64,000 nt of DNA from Octopus bimaculoides (lineage: Eukaryota). This document shows positions 53,999-64,000 of this stretch, piece after piece. The stretch's first letter is position 1. Every line of letters begins with the position of its first letter. A program made the translations under genes and the position numbers. The notes under the pieces are model-generated. The model had not been told where the DNA came from. It worked only from the letters and a program-made list of their open reading frames with translations, and did not search any database. The stretch lies in contig NC_068986.1 of the NCBI RefSeq assembly GCF_001194135.2, positions 80,498,384 through 80,562,383 of the forward strand, written 5' to 3'.

Positions 53999-56900
53999 CC
54001 TGTGCTGGTGGCATGTAAAAAGTACCCACTACACTCTCGGAGTGGTTGGCATTAGGAAGGGCATCCAGTTGTAGAAACTTTGCCACATCAGATTGGAGCC
54101 TGGTGTGGCCTCCTGGGTTGCCAGTCATCAGTCAAACCATCCTACCCATGCCAGTATGGAAAGTGGACGTTAAATGATGATGATGAAAGAAGTCTGCTGT
54201 GTGTGTGTATATGTATGTGTGTGTCTTTGTTTACTTTTCTTGGCATTGTGCAATAGTTGTAAATGAGTTTTGTACAAGCATTGTCATTTATTTCCCGTCT
54301 TCTATGAACACATATGTCTGGCTATGGGAAGGTATTACCTTGCTTGGAAACAGGTAATCAAAGATAATTTGACTTAAATAAAATTTTTTTCATCAATTCA
54401 TGTAGATTAAAGAAAATTTTTATTGACACTAAATTTTGAATATGATGATCATTTTCATATAAAGATATTCTTTTTTTTTTTTTTTTAGGAATTTCCAGTG
54501 CTCTGTCAAACATGTCTTGGAGACAATCCTTATATAAGAATGGTAAGGAAGCTAATTTATGACTATTAACAATGAAATTTCTTCTGATATCTGTCATTAT
54601 ATTGTGTTTTCTCTGTTTGAATCAGTTTACAGCTGTTGTTGTGTATTTCCTGGTTGGGAAGTGGATAGACTACAGCATTCCAACAATGATCTTCCCATCT
54701 TTGTGTTTAAAGGATTACATTGTCCAATATATCTTTTCTTTAAGATACTAAGGTAAGCTTGAAGGAGATTTGGCTGCAACTTCTGAGATCAAGCAGTCAA
54801 GCAAAAGCTGAATTTTCAGCTTGTTTTGTTAGTTTTGTAATTGAGTAATCTTGGTCAATGTTATCTTCTTTTTAAAGATAGTAGGAATATTTGGCTGCTG
54901 TATTAAGCAGATCAAGTGAACTTCTTGTTTCCTCATGTCACACTATACCAATACACCACTGTTGGTTAGTCATCATACAAGACTGTACAAGTACATTTCT
55001 GTTGCATGTAATTATAAGACTGTTTTACGTAAGTCTATGACATAGACATTACCAATATCATAAAATGTGTACTATGGAACTCTTGTTAGTCATTACCTAC
55101 TCACTCCAGCTCTTTCCAACCTCGAATGTATTGTAGGTCACTCCTAACCTTTATCCATCACTCACTATGTCTACACTCAACCCTACTCAGTTTCTAGAGT
55201 TGTCACTTATTCCTCCCTACCTTCCCTACTTAACATCCCTCAATGCCTGTTCTTCATTATATTTATCATGAACCCATTTCCCCGTCTCTCACTCTCCTAT
55301 ACACTTTTACAGCCTCTTTCCACCACACTCTCTGTTTTGTTTCCATTTACTTCTGTTCACCTTGTACCTAGGAAGATCTACCCTGAATCTTTATCACTTT
55401 CCAGTTCCACTCTGGTTACTTTCACCCTCTTTCCTGAAATGTGAGATGTCATGTAGCTCCTCTGCAGCAAGAAACCTGTTCTGTTATGGTTCCTTCTCTC
55501 TTTATGGTCATCTCTGAGCATAAAAACATCTCCCTCTGTACTGTAGCCCCACTCAGTTGAAGGAGATCTTGGTCACTAGTGCTGGTGCCATGCAAAACCA
55601 CACCCAGAATATGCCTAATGAGGGTATCCAGCCATAGAAACCATGTCAAAGCAGACACTGGCACATGATTGTGTGCTCCAGTGTTAGATTCTGTAAAACT
55701 GTCCCACCCACTCCAGCATGAAACATGAATGTTAAATGATGATGTTAATGATGCCTGTGGTGCTTTGTAGTGTGATATGCAGTATAATGTGTTGTTTATT
55801 GTATGATATAACATAATGCTGTGTTATATGACATTGTAGCACACTTGTTGTTTACAGTAGATTATGTTGTTCAAGTTCAGGACCAATAGACCTATGATCA
55901 AAGGTGTTTTGACTGTGTCCATTCGATCTTCTTGTCGTAGGTTTAGACAGTGTGTCTACGACCATATTATCTAAGGTGTACTTCTCTACTGTAGCTTCAG
56001 ATTAGTTCTGATCCAACAGACCTAGGACCAAAGATGTTCCAAGTATGGTGTCTTCTTTGAATTTAGATATGGTGTATCTTGGACTATATTATCCAATAGG
56101 TTCTACCTTGGGAAATTTTGGCTGCTCTGGAAACTCCTTTGTTGGTTCATATAATATAGCTTTGAATAGTTTGGTCCCAAAGAATCAGGTTTGTTTTTCT
56201 AAATGTCTGTTCTCCTTATTTTCCTCTTATTCAGATGAAAGAAAAATATGGCAAAGAATGCAAGATATGTGCACGACCATTTACCGTGTTTCGATGGTGT
56301 CCTGGTGCCAGAATGAGGTTCAAGAAAACTGAAGTGTGTCAGACTTGTTCCAAGTTGAAGAATATTTGCCAGACATGTCTCTTGGATTTGGATTATGGTT
56401 AGTTTTGTTTTCACCTGTACATAATATTTTTTTCTTTGCGTGTGTGAGAGTGAGCGAGATCTGGGATGAATGTAAAGAAAGCTTTCTATAGTAAAGCATT
56501 TACAGTTCCATCAAATGTTATCCATAATGTTTACTCCACAACTCTATAAACTTGCTAAGGTGACAGCAGATATGAAGAAAAACTGCCTCAAATACAAATA
56601 TTGTGGATTAAACTAATGTTTAAAAAATCCATCTGTATTGTCCTTGGGATAGGTCATGTCATAAATACTAGGAAAGATTTTATATATTTATATTTTGGTC
56701 CAATTTTTGGCTATCTACTATTACACCACGCCAACATCATTCTACATTGACCTCACCCCTCTGTTGCTGACCACTACAGATGTTTCCTTCATAGCTGTAC
56801 TGTAACTTATCTTCACCAGCAACAAAGCCTGCTCTGTGGCTACATTTGTCATTTTGCTGTGTCTCTCCTGGGTTTCTTTCCATGTCCTCTTAACCTACAT

Positions 56901-57356
56901 GAAAGTCAAGCAAAATGTCGATTGGAAGACCAGTCTGGCATTATTTGTATTAGTTGATGTATTCAGAAAAGATAACTGCATTGGTATGGATGTGATGTGA
57001 CTGGATGATGCACTGTTAGTAGAGGGAGACTTTAGAAGTAGTGGTGAGGTCAGATCAGATGATGCTGGGCTCCATAGAAGACTTGACAAAGGCATGTGGG
57101 TATATGTGATGAAGACAACCTGGAAAATGCAGGGCTATGTGCCTTCTCAGGGACACAACACAATGTTTGTAGTAAGATGTGTTTTAATTTCATAGCCAAA
57201 CAGAAAATGCAGTTTTGGGACGTGAATATATAATATGATACATGTTTATATGTTGTATGGCATCTGTAGAGTTGGTATGTATATAATAAATAAAGAAAAC
57301 CAAAGTACTTTATTTTGATATGATGCATATGTCGATGTGTACAAATGTTAATATGG

Positions 57357-57434
<78 letters not shown>

Positions 57435-60400
57435 ATATATATATATATCAGCCATTATTATGATTGACCGGTGACTGAACACTATTCAATTTGTTTTCTC
57501 CGTGTTTTTCTCCTTGTCTCCGTATTCTTTCTGTTGAAGAGCGTAGCTCGAAACGTCAAAGACTTTCCGTATTCCCGAGCGTCATACTAATACATCCTTT
57601 TGTTATTTACACCACCTGTCCTCGTCTGTTTTTGTTTTTTCGTACATTCTCCCATATATATATATATATACATGTCTATATGGTATATATGTATGTGTGT
57701 GTATATGTGATATGACATCTATATTAAATAAAACCAAAATTCACTATTGTGATGCATACTATGCTTTATGTGTTTGTAGGTCTCCCTGTGCAAGTCCGAG
57801 ATGCTGCTCTTAAACTACAAGATAACATTCCTAAGTCAGATGTCAATAAAGAATACTATACTCAGAATATTGAAAGAGAGGTAAGTCATTGCTTATTGGT
57901 ATTGTAGTAAGGTTGGTGGCATGGCAGAAGTGCTAGACTAGAATACTTTGTGGCATTTAGTTGTTTCCTACATTCTGTGTTCAAATTCCATCGGGGGATT
58001 GACTTTTCCTTTAATCTTTTCTTAATGGGACACACTTAAGTCTATCCATTTCCTTGAAATTTATTCCCTTGTTCCTATGCAAAAAATCATCTTCATCATC
58101 ATCATCATCATTACTGTTGTGGACGATAAAGTTGGTGTAAGTTTTTTTTTTTTTTTTTTTTTTGTGGTTTAGTCAGCAGAAGAAAGGCAGTGGTGTCTAT
58201 AAACTAAAAAGGGTTCAGTTTGGAGAGCGGGCTTGTACCGGTGGCCCTCTTAGCCTTGTGAGGTAAAGGAGGAAGAAATGACATTAGGTTTATTCTCAGA
58301 CTAGGAACTTGGTTAAGATGTTTGCAATAGAATAGGCTCTGTTAAAGTTATCTAGGATCAACTTGTGGTGTTGAACCAAAGGAGGGATGAAGTTTATCAT
58401 TGAATCTCTACAACAGAGTGGATTCTGCTTAAAGTTTCCAAGAGTCAGTTTGGTGGTGTTGATGGCAGCAGCAGTGAACCTTGAGAAGGATTAAGTTTAC
58501 TTCTCATGAACAGGCAAAATCAATCTGACAGGTTTCTACACTGTTTCCACACACCCAATTTCACTCATGAGGCTTGCGATGATCTGATGCTATGGTAGGA
58601 GAGAAAATACTTACCCAGTGTACCTTACACTGATTGAACCAAGAAGTGTTATTGGAAAAGGAATCTCTTGTACATGGAGCTACAGTGTATGACAAAAGAG
58701 GGCTGTTTCATGCATTTCCCATACTCCTTTTGGCTCATATTACACCAGAGTCCATGAAATACAATCCTGATTTGGTCCACATGGCTATATCTCTTCAGGT
58801 TTTGACAAACAAGGTACTACTTAAGTGAATAGCAATTCTAGAATGAAAAAGTATTAGAAAAAATTGCTCCAGTCAACTTTGTAATGAATCAAACCATACA
58901 GAAATACAGCAGCTGTAAACCTATACATCTATACCAATCCTACACACTTAAGATACATCATCATCATTATTATTTAATGCCCCTACACCACATGCTGGTA
59001 TGGTTGCGGCAGTTTGGCAGGATTCAGTGAGCCAAAGGACTGTGATGAGCTCCAGTGTCTACTTCAGAATGATTTCTATGGTTGGATGCCCTTCCTAATA
59101 ACAACCACTGAACAGAGCATACTGGATGTATTTTTCATGGCACAATGCATATGAATGAGGATGGCTGCATCAAGAAGTGCCAATCTCTAATTGTGGCGGG
59201 AACGTTTGGAAGAAATAGACCTAGGAACATGTGGGACAATGTGATGAGAAAAAATTTTCAGACGTTGAGACCCACAGAAGGGATGACAAGGGACTGGGAC
59301 TTTTGGTGGTTTGCTGTACTTGAGATGTGTGAACTAAGTAAAATTGTGATTGTCTTTCCTTACAGGTATGGCCCCCCCCCCATATCCTACTTTCAGCTGA
59401 GTGATCCTAATCTCGCAGGCTCGTGGGTGCTGGTGCCACATAAAAAATGCACCTGTACTGGTCCATATAAAAGCACCCATGCTGGTGCTGTATAAAAGTA
59501 CTTAGTACACTTTTTAAAGTGGTTGGTATTAAGAAGGGTATCCAGCCATAGAAATCATGCCAAAACAGACATGAAGCCTGGGCAGCTCTTCAGTGAGCCA
59601 GCTTCTGTCAAACTATGCAACCTATGCCAGTTTGGAAAACTGGCATTAAATGATGATATATATGTTTGTGTGTGTGTGGTACATTGATTACATAAGGTCA
59701 GCAGATTGAGTAACCAAAAGTTATAGGATGATGGTTATGTTGTTGTTCATTTAACTGAAATTCCTACCATGGCCATCCCATCTTTTTTTTTATCTATATC
59801 AAGGACTATGTTGTCTCATTCATTCATTCATTCACTTTTAGGTTTAGGGAAGATTTGACTGCTATTTCTAGCAGGTTGAATAACCATTTAGCAGTTCTCT
59901 TGTTAGCTTACAAAACTAAATTAAATAGTACAATTTATATCATCACAGTCTGTGTATAGACCACAGCCACAGACCACTAGTGTAATAGACCATACCTACA
60001 GACCACCAACACCAATAAAACACACTCACAGATTAAACGATGATGATGATAGACCATACCCCACAACACTAACATAATTGATTATACAGCAATCCCTTGA
60101 CTATCGCGGGTTTTATGTTCCAAAACCTCCCACAGAAATAACTAAAATATAAATACCTATCGCTTGCAGAATCCTGCGATTTACTGTGTGTGCAGTAGGT
60201 GAACTGCTATGTACTGAGTGTGTGGTAGGTGAACCGTGATATGGTGAGGGATTACTGTACTCACAAACTGCCAACACAAACAATTAAAGAAGCATACTGA
60301 AAATGAAAGTCCATGAAAATATGCAAAGAACAGAGTTTGTTACTGCAGCAAAGTCCAACTCCATGCTAGTGCATGTTCAATAAAACACCTACAGCACCCT

Positions 60401-62547
60401 ATAAGATTGCATCAATTCTATCCTTAAAACATTACCCCTTCCAATCAGTGCTGATCAAGGAAGTAAAAACATTTAATTCAGACAAATAGCTGCAGCATTA
60501 ATAGTCTTGATAGACCCAAATACTGTGACGGGTATATGTCACCTCCAACTTGCTCACCTCATCTGAGGCTACCATCAGAATCTACAAAATTCATAAACAG
60601 ACTAGACAGATTGTCACATCATATCCCATGCAATTATCATATTTACTCATGTATATGTTGCACTCTTAATTTAGTGTTATGTCTTGACACAAAATTTTTA
60701 TCTTTCATAGTTTTAGCTTTGCTCATGTATAAGTCACGCCCTAGTTTAAATCAGTTAAAATCAAGTATAAAATAGTGCAAGTTACATATGAATAAATATG
60801 GTAAATCAGCATATGCAGCATAGTCATCTGCTAGGTAACAGCATTTTATGTCTGGAATAACAGATCTGTGTACCACATTTAATATTTGACTGACTACATA
60901 CTAATTGTCTGTTTCACAAAAATATTAAGACAACAATCTTAGAATGAAGAAGTGACAAATCAAACAGGTTAGCACTTGAACTCTGATATATATATATAAA
61001 TTACTTATACAATAATTATTAGTGACAAAAGCAGCTTTAAATACCAAAAGGTAATATTTATCTCCACTTAAAAGTGAGTGTTGTGTTAGAACATATAATA
61101 CTGCGATAGTTGCCAGGAGAAAAATTCTCATATTGGTATTCAGTTCTTGTTTACATCACTAACAGGGAAGGTAATTTATCTCCCCTCTACCAGCAGTATA
61201 AACAAGAGTGCTTATATGCATCAAAAGCCAATAAGAGTTTCTCTTATGGTAATTGTCACAATATTATGTGTTCCAACACAGTATCCACTTTTAAACAGGG
61301 TTAAATGTTAATTATTATACTAAGTAAAACATCTGCTTCAAACCCTTCACAATTTATGCTATTGCTAAGAACCATGACTATTTCTGCATCTCAATCATCT
61401 CAAATTTTTTCCCTATTACATGTATTTCTCCCTGTAGAGACCAACACATACTAACATGCCAATGTTGATGATAATGATGATGATGATGTTTTATGTTGTA
61501 TGTAATATTTTACAGATCAATAACAGCGATGGCACCACAGCAGCAGGTGCTTTAGCCAAAGCTACAGCTCCAAGTGACATGTTACTGAAGTTGGCAAGGA
61601 CAGCGCCTTATTATAAACGCAACAGGCCACATATATGTTCTTTCTGGGTTAAAGGAGAGTGTAAACGTGGAGAAGAGTGTCCTTACAGGTAACTATATCT
61701 CCATTATTATTCTTCTAGTTGGTCAATTGACGCCTCTCACTTGCAATATCTCTGTATTGTCATTGGACAACACTAAAGGGTCTTCTTGGCACTACGTTTT
61801 CTCCATTTGTTCTGCAACTACTTTAGAAAGTTTATTGGGTGCATTATGTTATAGTACCAGAATTAGTGGGGTTGCTTTGTACTATGCAAGACAAAAAATG
61901 GTTTTCCTTGTTTAATGTCATCATCATTTATTCTAGGCAATGTGATCAATAAAATAGGTAGAATAGATGATTGCTGAATATAAGTTAGGGTAACATGGAA
62001 GAAAGGGGCCTGAATATGAAGGGGTAAACAAAGTGGTTACAGTGATAGTAAGGAAGAGAAAACAAAATGAGCTAGAGTGAAATGGAGAAAGAGAAGAACT
62101 GTGATAGTATTGAAGAAAAGGGAATGATAGCAGAGAGTAATGAGAGACTGAGACAGAGAGAGATATAGTGATGAAAATGGTTGAGATTTATAGGTATGAT
62201 GGATGTCAATTGTGAATTAGCTTAAAGGGATAGGGAGGCTGGAAAGTAGAGGGTTGATATTTGCTGATGAGGATGAGTAGAAGTGACAGGATAGTCATGA
62301 TAAAAGAGTAATGTCAATTAGGGAAGTTACTGGATGGTAACGGACATTATGTAATTCCTTGTTGCTCAGAGGGATAGAGGTACAGATAATGGTGGTGGAG
62401 ATTGTGTGCAAACAGATCGGCAGTTCTTCATCATTACACTGATAGCATAGTGTAGTGAACAGGTGAGGGGTCAAAAGATAAAAGAGTATCCAAGAAGTGA
62501 AAGGGGTAGCAAGTGGAAACTTAGTTGGTACAAAATGGGCAATGGCC

Positions 62548-62586
<39 letters not shown>

Positions 62587-63795
62587 ATCTTAGCTTTCAT
62601 CATTACCTAACATTATTATCATTCATTTCACTATGCTTGCATAAGTGGTCAAGTCTTCTTCAGCACAACATGTTGTCACTGTCCTTCATCACCTCATCCA
62701 AAATCCTTCTTGGTTTTCCTCTGTCACAAGTTTCGTTCTTTGAGATGGTGACAATTCTTCATACAACTGCCATCCTCAGTATGCAGTCTTCTTCCTTACA
62801 TATTACATCTCATATTCAGTTTTTCTTAGCTCATTTGTCCACTACTGTTTATATGCATTAACATAACACATCCAGAGGAAGAAGCTTGCTACATTTTTTC
62901 CCTAGTTTTCATAAAACCCTCTGCATTCAGTACTATGCAGCATCACATAATACATCCCTATATTCTACACACAACATACTATAGTCTACATACAATGCAC
63001 CTATGTATACACTGTATCCTATACTCACACACATCTCTGTGTTGACTATATGCTATACACTGTCTTGCATGCAACTCAACTTTATATACACCACCTATAC
63101 GTCACTACCTATGTGTATTTATATCCTACTCATAACACACCTCTATATACAATATATTATACACAGCTCATTTGTGTATATACTATATTCTACACACAAC
63201 ACACTTATATATAAATTATATTCTACACACAACACACCCATCTATATGCTATATTTTACACACAACACTTATATGTCCACTATATCAGGTACATAATACA
63301 TTTGCATATACTATACCATCATGCAACACCTGTACACAACACACCTGTTTATACACCATACATAGGACACACATGTGTATACACTGTACCCTGCATGCAA
63401 CACACCTGCGTGTATGCTATACACTACACACAACAGTTGTAGATACATCATATTTTATACACCTGTCTGTGCACTACATCACCCACCTGTGTATACAAGT
63501 TCTCAATTAATAAAAGTTCAATGGTTCTTTAACTGATTACAACATTATGTATTGAAATTGTTTGAATAATTTATTTTCTTCTGTCCATTTGTAGGCATGA
63601 AAAACCCACCGATCCCAATGATCCACTGGCTGATCAAAACATTAAAGACAGATACTATGGCCTTAATGATCCTGTAGCTGATAAGCTGATCAAGAGGTAT
63701 GCAACCATGCCCAAACTAGAGCCACCTGAAGATAAAACTATCACAACATTATATGTTGGAAACCTTGGTGTCCGTATTGCAGAAAAAGAACTGAG
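51229..63795 (+). CDS. RBM22: Pre-mRNA splicing factor RBM22 (Slt11/Ecm2-Cwc2 family), 3'-partial; exons 51229..51282, 54489..54542, 56235..56397, 57780..57880, 61516..61688, 63595..63795
   Basis: Spliced product [18 protein letters not shown]|[18 protein letters not shown]|[55 protein letters not shown]|LPVQVRD...[16 protein letters not shown]|...[36 protein letters not shown]|[22 protein letters not shown]...TTLYVGNLG. Zinc fingers and the RRM start are near-identical to the family. All junctions are GT-AG in phase. Confidence 0.97.
51770..52225 (+). mobile_element. CRE-clade LINE RLE-domain fossil in RBM22 intron 1
   Basis: [25 protein letters not shown]...[17 protein letters not shown]...[28 protein letters not shown]...ISIAI resembles the CRE motif LEPxGLxRxDGKRPDGxTxxPWxxGKxLxWDAT...RKxxKY...FxPxAxETxGxxG...ISxAxQRGNA. 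Confidence 0.65.
52862..53600 (+). mobile_element. Head-to-tail array of four copies of a ~220-bp tRNA-derived SINE
   Basis: Units start near 52862, 52977, 53196 and 53412. Units 2-4 carry gttctgagttcaaattc-like B-boxes (unit 1 is 5'-truncated), and units 1-3 end in aaaatttgaaac(TAT)n. Dispersed copies near 4490, 5880, 12310, 30330, 36860, 43960 and 45950. Confidence 0.8.
57449..57653 (+). mobile_element. ~205-bp CpG-retaining element inserted in a (TA)n tract, probably Penelope-like terminal repeat-derived
   Basis: Sharp boundaries against (TA)n on both sides. Contains a hammerhead-like core (see findings). Confidence 0.45.
60087..60257. mobile_element. pogo/Tigger-like MITE
   Basis: TIRs cagcaatcccttgactatcgcgg / ccgtgatatggtgagggattactg, flanked by TA on both sides. 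Confidence 0.6.
62960..63500 (+). repeat. Degenerate ~33-bp G-poor minisatellite
   Basis: tatattctacacacaacacac-like units at 63184, 63217 and 63250 (period 33), with more diverged copies on both sides. Confidence 0.65.
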
Positions 63796-64000
63796 GTAAG
63801 TCTCTTTTCATCATTATCATCATCATCATCTTTTAACGACTGTTTTCCATGCTAGCATGGGTTAGACGGTTCGACTGGGGTCTGGGAAGCCAGGAGGCTG
63901 CACCAGGCTCCAGTCTGATCTGGCTGTGTTTCTACAGCTGGATGCCCTTCCTAACACCGACCACTCTGTGAGTGTAGTGGGTGCTTTTTATGTGCCACTG

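Noticed and set aside
1-64000. CRISPR arrays, rRNA, true tRNA, snoRNA and U12-type introns
   Set aside because: None seen. tRNA-like A/B boxes belong to SINE heads, and all reconstructed introns have ordinary GT-AG sites.

Overview
AT-rich, repeat-dense eukaryotic genomic DNA from a draft assembly with five N gaps. The repeat families, the (CAT)n, (TA)n and (CA)n microsatellites and the long introns are typical of an octopus, probably a coleoid such as Octopus bimaculoides; the taxon is inferred. Three spliced genes were reconstructed by hand with GT-AG junctions and consistent phase: TMUB1/2-like (minus, 2 coding exons, 332 aa), WDR45/WIPI4 (minus, 11 coding exons, 342 aa) and the 5' part of RBM22 (plus, 6 coding exons, running off the right edge). 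WDR45 and RBM22 are head-to-head. The rest is introns and intergenic DNA full of transposon relics: RTE, R4/Dong-like and CRE-like LINEs, Gypsy pol, mariner, maT, pogo-, hAT- and Merlin-like MITEs, a Helitron-like element and several SINE families. Most ORFs in the supplied track are repeat- or gap-derived artefacts. The best leads are a minimal hammerhead-ribozyme-like fold in an RBM22 intron, a hydrophobic small ORF in the TMUB 5' region, two intronic hairpins, and a Trp-to-Arg change plus A-to-I-restorable codons in WDR45. All are hypotheses; nothing here proves a new biological system.
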